From positions 256,696 to 320,695 of the forward strand of contig CAWBPL010000002.1 in the NCBI GenBank assembly GCA_963790805.1: DNA of 64,000 nucleotides. The letters run 5' to 3'. The DNA is from Candidatus Gottesmanbacteria bacterium (lineage in GTDB: Bacteria > Patescibacteriota > Microgenomatia > UBA10105 > UBA927). The position numbers and the translations under genes are program-made. This document shows, piece after piece, positions 1 through 8,841 of the stretch (the stretch's first letter is position 1; each line of letters begins with the position of its first letter). Under the pieces are notes generated by a model. It ran no database searches. It had not been told where the DNA came from and was given only the letters and a program-made list of their open reading frames with translations.

Positions 1-510
1 ATCTACCAATTGTCCGGCTTTTATCATATTTTGATTATCGAATAACCAATTAACAGCGCTATCTTTATTCTTTGGATCGTTGTAAAAATCTACAAAAAAG
101 ACGAGCCAACCAAAACCGCATGGATCTTCCATTGTCCCGCTGTTTGCGCTTATACAATTTTCAGCCTTTTTTGCATGGTATTCATCTAAATAGAAATCTA
201 CTTCCGTTTTATTATGAGAAGAATTGGAAACTGCATAAACATCCTGCGGATACGCAAAAGTAAAACTGTCTCCCGCATATGTTTGCGTCATTTGTTCAGG
301 TTGTGGGGTTGGCGTCGGCGTAAGGACAACTTTTTGCTTCGCTTGAACAGATAACATATCTTGCTCTAATTTTTTAGTTTGAGAAAAAAGAAAGAGCGCA
401 ACAAAGATGAGACCGGTGGATAAAACGGTGAGGAGAATAATTACAATTAATTTCCAGTCAAATTTTTGGATAGGATTGTTTGCTAATATGGGTTCCGCTG
501 TGGGTTCCAT
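1..510 (-). CDS. hypothetical membrane-anchored protein (C-terminus cut by window edge)
   Basis: Not in the ORF track because it is open at the edge. ATG at 510-508 and the frame stays open to nt 1 (170 codons, checked codon by codon): MEPTAEPILANNPIQKFDWKLIVIILLTVLSTGLIFVALFLF... One N-terminal TM helix followed by a TPTPTP linker. Confidence 0.5.
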   Translation of the reverse strand, partial: MEPTAEPILANNPIQKFDWKLIVIILLTVLSTGLIFVALFLFSQTKKLEQDMLSVQAKQKVVLTPTPTPQPEQMTQTYAGDSFTFAYPQDVYAVSNSSHNKTEVDFYLDEYHAKKAENCISANSGTMEDPCGFGWLVFFVDFYNDPKNKDSAVNWLFDNQNMIKAGQLVD

Positions 511-579
511 GTTGGATTGATTGCAATCTACAAATTATAAAAATTATTTTGTTAGGACTTTTTTAAAGGCCAATAATAT

Positions 580-912
580 TTATTTGCTTGTTTGCTTTTT
601 TATATATATGTTCCAATAAATTGGATACGCAATAATATTGCCGAAGAAAATTACAAGATACCACAGTATTTTTTGATCTTGAGGGATGCGTGTATTTCTC
701 GATGCATCTTTGATGTAATAGATCAGTAGAAATATGACATCGACCATCATTGCGATATGAAGTATAAAAATAGGAACAAATAAAACGACGCCTAAAACAA
801 GGGATTTAGATGCAAGTAAGAAACTCCAAAAAATTCCGAATAGGAAAAAGAAGGGAATATAAAATAACGGATAATAGGTCGCAATCTTTACAAACGTATA
901 ATTTCGTGTCAC
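580..912 (-). CDS. small polytopic membrane protein, unknown function (GTG start)
   Basis: 110-aa ORF with 3-4 hydrophobic helices. No recognisable motif. Confidence 0.45.
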   Translation of the reverse strand: MTRNYTFVKIATYYPLFYIPFFFLFGIFWSFLLASKSLVLGVVLFVPIFILHIAMMVDVIFLLIYYIKDASRNTRIPQDQKILWYLVIFFGNIIAYPIYWNIYIKKQTSK

Positions 913-925
913 ACTTTAACTATAT

Positions 926-1510
926 ATGGATCTGGATAATCCTGTCAATCCAAATGCTGCAGCAAATCAGCCAGTAAATCCCCCCGTAAATCAGCCAACA
1001 CCTACTGCTCAACCGACGAACGCTAATATTAGTCCGCCTGTACAACCGGTTTACCCACAAGCCACAACACCAAGTGTGCCTCCTGTTCAAGGCCCATCCA
1101 CATTGAAGCTGATGGGGATAATAGTTGCTTGTGTCGTTGGAGGGTTTCTTGTACTGGGAGGTCTCGCATTTACTGCTGTTATGATGGCAACAAGCGGGCC
1201 TGTAAAGGTTGCAGACGAACAGTTTAACGATTTAAAGCAAGGAAATACTCAGGCTGCCTATAACTTATTTTCTTCTCCTGCTAAAGCACAAACCACATTT
1301 GAACAATTTCAGACCTCAGTACAACGTTTGGGTATGCAAAATGACCCAACCACCTCCTTATCAATAGCCGGACGTCATATTGTAAACAATAGTGCTGAGC
1401 TTACAGGAACTGTCAAAATAAATGGAATTACCAGAAATGTAATTTATACGTTAGAAAACACCGGTGGGACATGGTTGATTGATGGGATGGATATGAAAGC
1501 TGCTCAGTAA
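926..1510 (+). CDS. membrane-anchored protein, Pro-rich N-terminus, DUF4864-like C-terminal domain
   Basis: PVNP/PVQP-rich N-terminus, one TM helix, then EQFNDLKQGNTQAAYNLFSS...FEQFQ. This block is shared with the neighbouring paralog. Confidence 0.5.
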   Translation: MDLDNPVNPNAAANQPVNPPVNQPTPTAQPTNANISPPVQPVYPQATTPSVPPVQGPSTLKLMGIIVACVVGGFLVLGGLAFTAVMMATSGPVKVADEQFNDLKQGNTQAAYNLFSSPAKAQTTFEQFQTSVQRLGMQNDPTTSLSIAGRHIVNNSAELTGTVKINGITRNVIYTLENTGGTWLIDGMDMKAAQ

Positions 1511-1520
1511 TTTTTTCTTT

Positions 1521-1958
1521 TCAATTTGCTGGGTTAACTGTAATTGAATAAATCTTCCAAACACCGTTTTCATTTATGAGTTTGTACTGGATTGGAGTTT
1601 TTGTACCATCTTCGGCAGTTAAAGTTCCAATGAGCGTTGCTTGATCATTTGAAATTTTTTCATTTGAAAAGAAATCTGATTTATTAATTGATAAGGCGGG
1701 GTATGTCTTAACTAACGTGTTAAATTGATCTTGTGTTAAAGTAACTTTTTCCGAAGTTGATATTAAATTATATGCAGCAGTGGTATTACCTCGTTTCAAA
1801 TCATTAAGTTGTTCTTCAACCACTTTGACAGGACTCCCTGAACCATTGAAATCTTTATAAAGCGAGAAGAAAAGAAAAAATGCACTCAAACCAGCCGCAA
1901 CAAAACCTAGACAGATTAAACCTATAATTAACCACACCCATTTTGGAATATTTTTCAT
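1521..1958 (-). CDS. membrane-anchored DUF4864-like protein (paralog of 926-1510)
   Basis: N-terminal TM helix, then EEQLNDLKRGNTTAAYNLISTS...QDQFNTLV. Ends in the same ...G.W.I... pattern as the convergent neighbour. Confidence 0.5.
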   Translation of the reverse strand: MKNIPKWVWLIIGLICLGFVAAGLSAFFLFFSLYKDFNGSGSPVKVVEEQLNDLKRGNTTAAYNLISTSEKVTLTQDQFNTLVKTYPALSINKSDFFSNEKISNDQATLIGTLTAEDGTKTPIQYKLINENGVWKIYSITVNPAN

Positions 1959-1973
1959 TCTAATTAGAGCTTA

Positions 1974-2609
1974 TTAGAACAAACTCTCCGTGTCAACGTA
2001 ATAGTGTTTATAATTATTAGGGTCTATATAAACACTAATATTACTGCCAATCGGAAACTTCTCTGCGGGATTATTGGCTAAAATTAAACTTTTAACATAA
2101 ACATCTCCTTTATTTGAATCTTTCCATTTAGCGATTATTACATATGGAAAAGAATTCGATGATTTAACGGTAGTTAACCCCCTTACATCCATATGGAATG
2201 GAAAATAGGTTCTTTTTATTTTCACGACTTCGGCCTTTACTTTTGTGCTTGCTGGGTTATTTTTTATCTTTTCCCCAATCACGTCCGGATACACAACCAT
2301 AAAATACATCGGTAGATCCATCAGGCCCAAAATTAACGAGGCTGATAAAAACCCGATCCAAATAACAATAGGGACTATTCCGAGCAAATTTAGGATGAGT
2401 GTGATTACGAAAACTCCGATTATTACTAGCGTAACTTTTGTAAACGACGTGGCCAACCCTTTATATGAATATCCGGGCAGATAGACGAGGTTTGTTCCTT
2501 CGTTTGTATTATTCTGCACTCTCCAATCTCGATTTTTTAATGCAAAATAATCGTTAATACCTGCAAACGCATTGATAATTTTATCGACGAATGTATCATT
2601 TACATTCAT
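1974..2609 (-). CDS. membrane protein with DUF3592-like beta-rich C-terminal domain
   Basis: Two central TM helices. C-terminus ...GSNISVYIDPNNYKHYYVD resembles the DUF3592 V.V.YdP.nP signature (from memory). Confidence 0.4.
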   Translation of the reverse strand: MNVNDTFVDKIINAFAGINDYFALKNRDWRVQNNTNEGTNLVYLPGYSYKGLATSFTKVTLVIIGVFVITLILNLLGIVPIVIWIGFLSASLILGLMDLPMYFMVVYPDVIGEKIKNNPASTKVKAEVVKIKRTYFPFHMDVRGLTTVKSSNSFPYVIIAKWKDSNKGDVYVKSLILANNPAEKFPIGSNISVYIDPNNYKHYYVDTESLF

Positions 2610-2683
2610 ATTTTTAGTCTACCCCAAACACTATACCCTGTCTAATGGTTAGCGAGGAATCGGTTATTGAATTTTACTGCTGA

Positions 2684-3271
2684 TTACGGGGTTATCCCGA
2701 GTGCGCGAAGCACCAAATCAAGCGTTTCTTTGGGGCCATTGGAGTATGTGTCAATGGTGAGATCGTAATATTTCGGATCCCAATAATCTGTAACGCCGTA
2801 CATGCGTTTCCATTTTGCCATATTGGCTTCCTGCCGCTGGTGGATATGTTGTTTTGCCGCCTCGACGGTGAGATTGTCGCGGTTCACCAGCCGGTCAATC
2901 CGAAGTGAATCATCGCATTGCAGTAAAACTTTTAGCACATGCGGCAACTCTCTCATATTCCATCCGGCAATCCATGATTCTATAATGTAATGCGCTTTCG
3001 GGTCGGATAATTTTTCTCGCATAGTCGTATCGATCTGATGATCAATGTCGTCGCCGTAATCCGTCGCCAAATGGTGCTTGGGGTCGTCGGGGTTATGTTT
3101 CCCGTTTTGGATCGCAAACTGGCGCGCCCAATCCCCACCTGAAAATGTTTTCCATCCCCAAAAATCCGCATAGGGTTTAAGGTTTCGAAGAAGCGTCGAG
3201 CGTCCGGCTCCGGGTGGACCGGAAATCGCAATACTGCTGTATTTTAACGGTGCGGTATTCGGGGCATCCAT
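2684..3271 (-). CDS. P-loop nucleotide kinase, cytidylate-kinase-like family
   Basis: Walker A ISGPPGAGRSTLLRNL. Start moved to the internal ATG (MDAPNTAPLKYSS) because TTGACC-16-TATAAT lies 6 nt upstream of it. Confidence 0.6.
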   Translation of the reverse strand: MDAPNTAPLKYSSIAISGPPGAGRSTLLRNLKPYADFWGWKTFSGGDWARQFAIQNGKHNPDDPKHHLATDYGDDIDHQIDTTMREKLSDPKAHYIIESWIAGWNMRELPHVLKVLLQCDDSLRIDRLVNRDNLTVEAAKQHIHQRQEANMAKWKRMYGVTDYWDPKYYDLTIDTYSNGPKETLDLVLRALGITP

Positions 3272-3277
3272 GTTCCT

Positions 3278-3305
3278 ATTATATGTCCTTATTGACAAGG
3301 GTCAA
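3278..3305 (-). promoter_or_regulatory. sigma70-type promoter, leaderless, for the kinase gene
   Basis: Read on the minus strand: TTGACC (3305-3300), 16-nt spacer, TATAAT (3283-3278), 6 nt, ATG (3271-3269). Confidence 0.6.
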
Positions 3306-3320
3306 TATGAGAATAATAAT
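3292..3320 (+). promoter_or_regulatory. sigma70-type promoter, leaderless, for phosphoribosyltransferase 1
   Basis: TTGACA (3292-3297), 16/17-nt spacer, TAATAAT (3314-3320), 5-6 nt, ATG 3326. Its -35 box forms the inverted repeat TTGACAAGGGTCAA with the opposing promoter. Confidence 0.6.
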
Positions 3321-3325
3321 GGGCT

Positions 3326-3904
3326 ATGGCAATCGAGTATCTCCCTGTTTCATGGGAAGAATATCATACACTCGCCCAACGCCTCGCCCAAAAACTCCTT
3401 TCTGATAACGTGCATATTGATGAAATTGTCGCAATTTCGCGGGGCGGCCTCGCGCTTGGACATTTGCTTACCGACTTTCTTCGGGTACCGATTTCCACGT
3501 TTACTATTCAAAGTTACAACAATTATTTAACTCAGGGACAAGTAAAAATCACAAAGCCGCTCACCACTCCCATTCATGACAAGCAAATTCTCTTGGTTGA
3601 TGACGTATCCGATACTGGCAAAACGCTTATTCGGGCGCTTGAATACCTCAAGGCACAACAACCGAAAAACGTAACGACGCTTACACTCTTTTATAAACCG
3701 CAGTCTATCTACAAACCCGACTACTTTGCCAAAACGACGCCGGACTGGATCATATTTCCCTATGAGGTGACCGAAACAATCATTACCCTTTTTAGGGCGA
3801 TGAAGAAAGAAAAAAAGTCTACCAAGGAAATCCAGACGTTTTTGGAAAGCCTTCATTTCTCAAAAAATCAAATCGCCTTCACGAAAAAATTCTACCTGAA
3901 ATAA
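3326..3904 (+). CDS. type I purine phosphoribosyltransferase (xanthine/guanine/hypoxanthine PRT-like)
   Basis: PRPP-binding loop ILLVDDVSDTGKTL. N-terminus resembles Gpt-type PRTs (VSWEEYHTLAQRLAQKL...ISRGGL). Confidence 0.7.
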   Translation: MAIEYLPVSWEEYHTLAQRLAQKLLSDNVHIDEIVAISRGGLALGHLLTDFLRVPISTFTIQSYNNYLTQGQVKITKPLTTPIHDKQILLVDDVSDTGKTLIRALEYLKAQQPKNVTTLTLFYKPQSIYKPDYFAKTTPDWIIFPYEVTETIITLFRAMKKEKKSTKEIQTFLESLHFSKNQIAFTKKFYLK

Positions 3905-3947
3905 CTCCCCTCTTGACGATTTCCCGCTTGTTTTGTATAAAGAGGGT

Positions 3948-3976
3948 AATAGGGCTTAGGAAGCGCCCTATTTTTT
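3948..3976 (+). terminator. rho-independent terminator after phosphoribosyltransferase 1
   Basis: 8-bp stem AATAGGGC (3948-3955) / GCCCTATT (3965-3972), 9-nt loop, then TTTTG. Confidence 0.6.
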
Positions 3977-4315
3977 GTGGGAAAAAAGGCATGTTTATGT
4001 ATGATAAAAGAGCTCAGAATTTACTATGACGCACATGGAGGTGGAACCCCACCCTCAGGCTCGGATGGTACAGATGATAAAAAAGACGAATCAAGCGAAA
4101 CTCCAGTTCCACCTGCAAGCCAACGCCATAACGTAGGTTTGAGTATCTGGACGGGCGCGGGTAGACAGGAAAATAATTCGAAAGTCGAATATGTATCAGG
4201 CGATATCAGTGTTGGTCTGTTTAAAACTCTATTTGTTCGCGTTGGAGAGGATGTCCAACATGAAGATAAAGGTGATACAAATTCAAGTAATACAAGCGCT
4301 ACAGGACATAAGTAA
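3977..4315 (+). CDS. orphan ORF, acidic low-complexity hypothetical protein (doubtful)
   Basis: 112 codons (GTG start; first in-frame ATG at 4001). No SD, no convincing promoter, no recognisable domain. An antisense frame of similar length is also open. Confidence 0.3.
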   Translation: MGKKACLCMIKELRIYYDAHGGGTPPSGSDGTDDKKDESSETPVPPASQRHNVGLSIWTGAGRQENNSKVEYVSGDISVGLFKTLFVRVGEDVQHEDKGDTNSSNTSATGHK

Positions 4316-4322
4316 TTCGTTC

Positions 4323-4351
4323 TTTGCAAAAACCGTAGATATTGTTAAAAT
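4323..4351 (+). promoter_or_regulatory. sigma70-type promoter (extended -10), leaderless, for the PRT2-guaA-guaB-PNP operon
   Basis: TTTGCA (4323-4328), 17-nt spacer, TGtTAAAAT (4343-4351), 5 nt, ATG 4357. Confidence 0.6.
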
Positions 4352-4356
4352 AGCGT

Positions 4357-4977
4357 ATGGCGGCTAACAACCTTCAATCTGAGCTTGCCTACCTCAAAAG
4401 TGAGTTTTTGCGTGATGCAAAAGTCATTGACGTTGAGCGCGGATATATTTCCATCTCCTCATTTAACCTACGCATGAAACCGCACGTATTAAAAAGCGCA
4501 GCGCTTCTTATTGCCAATGAATTTAAAAATGAACGTATCGATATCGTCCACGGCATACCTCATTCGGGAAACTATCTCGCTACCGCGGTTGCCTTAGAGC
4601 TTGACGACAAAGTCCGGCTCCATGCCTCGCGCAAAGATCAAAATATTCCGACATCTTGGAAAGACGTCTACCGCGCCGAGGTCCGCTCGTTTACCACAAG
4701 CTCGGGCGGAGCAACGGTATTTTCCGGCATCAATCTTTCGTTTGTACAAAAGGGCGACCGCGTGCTTCTTGTCGATGACGTCTGCGCGACCGGCGAAAGC
4801 GGCTACCATATAGTCAGCGGTCTTCAAAAACGCGGCGTGACGGTTGTAGGCTATGCCGTTTTGTTTGACAAAATATTTCAGGGCGGGCTTGAATATGTTG
4901 CTTCGTTGGGAATCAAAGTGTTTTCCTGCGTTCGGGTTGAAAAAATCGGTAAAGGTGATAATGTAACTCTATTATGA
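4357..4977 (+). CDS. type I phosphoribosyltransferase (adenine/purine PRT-like)
   Basis: PRPP loop VLLVDDVCATGESG. ATGA overlap with guaA at 4974-4977. Confidence 0.65.
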   Translation: MAANNLQSELAYLKSEFLRDAKVIDVERGYISISSFNLRMKPHVLKSAALLIANEFKNERIDIVHGIPHSGNYLATAVALELDDKVRLHASRKDQNIPTSWKDVYRAEVRSFTTSSGGATVFSGINLSFVQKGDRVLLVDDVCATGESGYHIVSGLQKRGVTVVGYAVLFDKIFQGGLEYVASLGIKVFSCVRVEKIGKGDNVTLL

Positions 4978-6491
4978 TCGTCGTTGTCGATTTCGGATCA
5001 CAAACCGCCCACCTCATCGGACGACGATTGCGGCAACTCGGCGTTGAAGTCTCCTATGTAAATCCCGAAGACGCACTTCCTCTTATCAAGGAAAAACAAC
5101 CGAAGGGAATTATTTTTTCCGGCGGACCGTCTTCCGTTTACGAAGAAGGCGCACCGACCGTTTCTAAAAAAATATTTGAACTCGGCATACCGATATTGGG
5201 AATTTGTTACGGTTGGCAACTTACGGCTTATTTGCTGGGTGGAACCGTAAAAAACACAACCAAAGAATACGGACCGCAAACGCTTACGATCACAAATCCT
5301 CAAAGTATTTTTTCGTTGCCGGAAAAAGAATTTTCTGTCATCGTATCGCATGGAGATTCCGTAACAAAACTTCCACCAAACTTTCAGGTTGCCGGTTTTA
5401 CCTCAACTGTCCGCTATAGCGCCGTTGTCAACGAATCAAAACAACTATTTGGGATTCAATTTCATCCGGAAGCGAATCACACACAATTCGGTCAGGAATT
5501 ATTTAAAAATTTCGCTATTCACGTCTGTCATGAAGTACTCAATCCTCTCGTATTAAATCCGCATTCCATCATCGCAGAAATTAAAAAAATAGTTGGAAAG
5601 AAAAAAGTTATCTGTGCGGTTTCGGGGGGGGTGGATTCCACAGTCACTGCATTTTTAATTGGTAAGGCAATCGGCAAAAATCTCATACCCGTGTACGTCG
5701 ACAGTGGTCTTATGCGGCCGGAAACAGACACCAGAGTTAAATATATTTTTACTAAATTAATTTCAGCTCATCTTATTATTATCGATGCGAAACAACGATT
5801 TCTCGAAGTACTCAAAGAGTTAATCGATCCCGAAGAAAAACGCAAAGCGATCGGGAAACTGTATATCGATATATTTAATGAAATCGCCAAAAAACATAAA
5901 GACGCAACATTTTTGGCGCAGGGAACCATTTATTCAGACGTCATTGAATCCAAAGGAAGCAAACATGCATCAAAAATCAAATCACATCATAACGTCGGAG
6001 GACTGCCCATTGACGTACCATTCCAGCTCCTTGAACCCATGCGACATTATTATAAAGATGAAGTACGCGAACTGGGACGACTGGCCGGTTTACCTGATGA
6101 TGTCGTATCGCAACAACCATGGCCGGGACCAGGATACGCTATAAATATTCGCGGAGAAGTTACTGAAAAAAGACTGAGCCAAATAAAAATAGCAGATGCG
6201 ATTGTTGTGGAAGAAATGAAACGCGCCGGCCTCTACAAAAAAGTATATGAATGTTGGGCGGTAATGACGGGTGCGTACAGTACGGCAGTCAAAGGAGACG
6301 GACGGGTATTTGCTGAAGTTATCGCAATCCGATCGCTTGATTCCATCGATGTAATGACGGCAGAGTGGACTCGAATTCCCTATGATGTACTTGCACGGAT
6401 TTCTTCAAGAATCGTCAATGAGGTTCCAAACATCTCACGAGTGGTGTATGATATCACCACCAAACCACCTGCCACCATGCGTTGGGAATAA
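4974..6491 (+). CDS. guaA: GMP synthase (glutamine-hydrolysing)
   Basis: GATase triad context GICYGWQL...FHPE, ATP-PPase P-loop SGGVDS, C-terminal dimerisation domain ending PPATMRWE. Confidence 0.95.
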   Translation: MIVVVDFGSQTAHLIGRRLRQLGVEVSYVNPEDALPLIKEKQPKGIIFSGGPSSVYEEGAPTVSKKIFELGIPILGICYGWQLTAYLLGGTVKNTTKEYGPQTLTITNPQSIFSLPEKEFSVIVSHGDSVTKLPPNFQVAGFTSTVRYSAVVNESKQLFGIQFHPEANHTQFGQELFKNFAIHVCHEVLNPLVLNPHSIIAEIKKIVGKKKVICAVSGGVDSTVTAFLIGKAIGKNLIPVYVDSGLMRPETDTRVKYIFTKLISAHLIIIDAKQRFLEVLKELIDPEEKRKAIGKLYIDIFNEIAKKHKDATFLAQGTIYSDVIESKGSKHASKIKSHHNVGGLPIDVPFQLLEPMRHYYKDEVRELGRLAGLPDDVVSQQPWPGPGYAINIRGEVTEKRLSQIKIADAIVVEEMKRAGLYKKVYECWAVMTGAYSTAVKGDGRVFAEVIAIRSLDSIDVMTAEWTRIPYDVLARISSRIVNEVPNISRVVYDITTKPPATMRWE

Positions 6492-6493
6492 GT

Positions 6494-7945
6494 ATGTTCA
6501 ATAAAATAACCGGTACCGGTCTTGCCTATTCCGATGTTCTGATTAGACCGAATCTTTCTGACATCCGATCCCGCCACAGTGATCAACTTGATACATCCAC
6601 CATTATCGCCCGCGGACTACTCCCTATAAAACTTCCGATTATATCCGCAAACATGGACACCGTAACGGAACATAAAATGGCCATTACGATGGCTCTTTAT
6701 GGAGGACTTGGTATCATCCACCGTTTCATGACTCCGGAAGAACAAGCCAAAGAAGTTCGAAAAGTAAAAGATCTGGTTCGCATGATTGAAGATAATCCTC
6801 CGCTTGTTTCAGTCAACACCCCGATTGCCAAAGTTATAGAGTTACAGCAACAACGGAACCGCGGATATGTCATCGTATATTCGGGAAAAACGTTTGACGG
6901 AACGTTTGTGGGTGTTGCTACTGATAGGGATTATCTTTCCGCTCCACCCTCAGCACCAATATCGCGTGTCATGACTCCAAGAAAAAATGTTATTACCGTT
7001 TCCAAAAACACATCACCGCAAAAAGCGATTGAAATAATGGAAACCAAACGAATTCAAAAAATTCCGGTCGTTGATGCAAAAGGACGCCTCATTGGCGTTT
7101 ACACCTTAAAAGATTTTTCCTATAAAACACAATATCCTCAAGCATCGTTTGACGGCAAAGGCAGACTCATGGTTGGAGCGGCAATCGGCGTCCAGCCACA
7201 GGATATTGACCGCGTCCACATGCTTGCAGAAGCGGGCGTTGACGTTCTGGTTCTTGATATAGCACACGGCGGACTTATCTATACATCTGAAATGCTTCAA
7301 CGTTTAAAAAATAAGGAAAAAATAAAAATTCCAATTATCGCCGGAAATGTTGCAACGGCGGAGGGAGCAAAATATATTTATGATAATGGTGCAGACGGCG
7401 TTAAAGTCGGGGTTGGTCCAGGATACGTTTGTGAAACCAGAAATGTCGCGGGCGTCGGCATACCGCAAATAACAGCAATTATGGACGTCGCCAATGAAAT
7501 TGCAAAAAAACGGAATACCATACCGATCATTGCTGATGGAGGCATACGTGAACCTGGCGATTTATCCAAAGCGCTCGTTGCCGGTGCCAATAGTGTCATG
7601 ATCGGAAGTCTGTTTGCCGGAACCCGCGAATCTCCCGGTGAACAAATGCTTGAAAACGGTATCTTAAAAAAATTAGTTCGCGGTATGGCATCGGCAAGTG
7701 CGTTTCAAAAAAGAAAAAGCATCGGCGGAAGCATAACCAACGGCGATCGCTACACACCCGAGGGGCGGGCAATCGCAACCCCATATAAAGGAACCGTTAC
7801 AAAAGTCTTGTTTGATTTTGACGGAGGACTTCGATCGAGCATGAGCTACGTCGGCGCACATACTATCAAAGAAATGCAAACCAAAGGTCAATTTATTATG
7901 GTAACAGGAGCCGGCGCGACAGAAAACAAACGGGATCTTCGATAA
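6494..7945 (+). CDS. guaB: IMP dehydrogenase with CBS pair
   Basis: LPIISANMDTVTE, catalytic loop GVGPGYVCETR, IIADGGIR, GSLFAG. Start taken at the ATG 2 nt after the guaA stop; the track start at 6482 is TTG. Confidence 0.9.
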   Translation: MFNKITGTGLAYSDVLIRPNLSDIRSRHSDQLDTSTIIARGLLPIKLPIISANMDTVTEHKMAITMALYGGLGIIHRFMTPEEQAKEVRKVKDLVRMIEDNPPLVSVNTPIAKVIELQQQRNRGYVIVYSGKTFDGTFVGVATDRDYLSAPPSAPISRVMTPRKNVITVSKNTSPQKAIEIMETKRIQKIPVVDAKGRLIGVYTLKDFSYKTQYPQASFDGKGRLMVGAAIGVQPQDIDRVHMLAEAGVDVLVLDIAHGGLIYTSEMLQRLKNKEKIKIPIIAGNVATAEGAKYIYDNGADGVKVGVGPGYVCETRNVAGVGIPQITAIMDVANEIAKKRNTIPIIADGGIREPGDLSKALVAGANSVMIGSLFAGTRESPGEQMLENGILKKLVRGMASASAFQKRKSIGGSITNGDRYTPEGRAIATPYKGTVTKVLFDFDGGLRSSMSYVGAHTIKEMQTKGQFIMVTGAGATENKRDLR

Positions 7946-7962
7946 ATAATATTACATATTCA

Positions 7963-8841
7963 ATGAAATATAAAAACCAAGATCCATATGTCCAAGAGGT
8001 CAACGAAGCGATTTTGTATATAAAGAAACGGTACTCACAACATAATTTTTCCCCAACTGTTGCGCTTACTCTCGGATCCGGACTCAATAAATTAGGAAAT
8101 CTTATTCAACCGGTTGTGACCATTCCTTATTCTGACATCCCACATTTCCCAGACGTCACGGTTGAGGGTCATGAGGGCATGCTCATCGCAGGATTTCTGG
8201 AGGGTGTACCCGTTATCGGACTTAAAGGAAGAAAACATTATTATGAAATATCTGATCTTCCACGGCCCATGGATATTGTGACATTTCCAGTTCATGTCAT
8301 TGCGGGGCTCGGGTGTCGCATATATATAGCAACAAACGCGGCTGGCGGGCTCAATCCGACATATCATCTGGGAGAACTTGTCGTTTGCAAATCGCACATC
8401 GGTCTTTTCCAACCAAACCCTCTTTTGGGAGTTCACCATAATTTTGGCAACAATGTATTATTCCAACCGCAAAATACAGAATATTCACCACGACTTCGAA
8501 AAATGTTTCAACTCTTGGATCCGATGATTCGGGAAGGAGTCTATGTCGGGTTAACCGGTAAAACCTACGAAACTCAAGCCGAATGTCGTATGCTTCGCGC
8601 GCTCGGCGCCGATTGCGTCGGCATGTCGACGATACCGGAAATTATCGTCGCTACCAACCGCGGCATGGAAACGATGACGGTATCCATGATAACGAATGTC
8701 ATCGCGATTGACGGCACAAACGCAACAAACCACCAGGAAGTTGTTTCTATATTAAACAGTCAGAAAACAGAGGAAAAATTATATCGCGTGTTTAAAGGAT
8801 TTTTTAAGACACTCTCAAAAAGCGATATCCTTAAAAAATAA
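7963..8841 (+). CDS. purine nucleoside phosphorylase (PNP family 1, inosine/guanosine type)
   Basis: LGSGL, GRKHYYE, ATNAAGGLN, GMSTIPE motifs. The 3' end overlaps the convergent purA by 11 nt. Confidence 0.85.
   Translation: MKYKNQDPYVQEVNEAILYIKKRYSQHNFSPTVALTLGSGLNKLGNLIQPVVTIPYSDIPHFPDVTVEGHEGMLIAGFLEGVPVIGLKGRKHYYEISDLPRPMDIVTFPVHVIAGLGCRIYIATNAAGGLNPTYHLGELVVCKSHIGLFQPNPLLGVHHNFGNNVLFQPQNTEYSPRLRKMFQLLDPMIREGVYVGLTGKTYETQAECRMLRALGADCVGMSTIPEIIVATNRGMETMTVSMITNVIAIDGTNATNHQEVVSILNSQKTEEKLYRVFKGFFKTLSKSDILKK

Noticed and set aside
3913-3941. Near-consensus promoter-like element TTGACG-17-TATAAA just after the PRT1 stop.
   Set aside because: Its predicted TSS (about 3948) is the first base of the terminator stem. 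It would therefore make only a ~28-nt hairpin RNA unless read-through occurs. It is kept as part of a finding but not called as a feature.
4024-4329. 101-codon minus-strand ORF in the purine-cluster gap; I also asked whether the gap hides a tmRNA, RNase P RNA, SRP RNA or a purine/ZTP/PRPP riboswitch.
   Set aside because: The ORF has a TTG start and no promoter or SD. It is antisense to an equally weak plus-strand ORF. By eye I found no tmRNA ends (GGGG...T-loop...CCA), no RNase P CR-I/CR-V blocks and no guanine, ZTP or ykkC core sequences. The GGTGGAACCCCACC hairpin at about 4040 is too short to call. The downstream gene is leaderless, leaving no room for a riboswitch. I cannot exclude an unknown RNA without covariance models.
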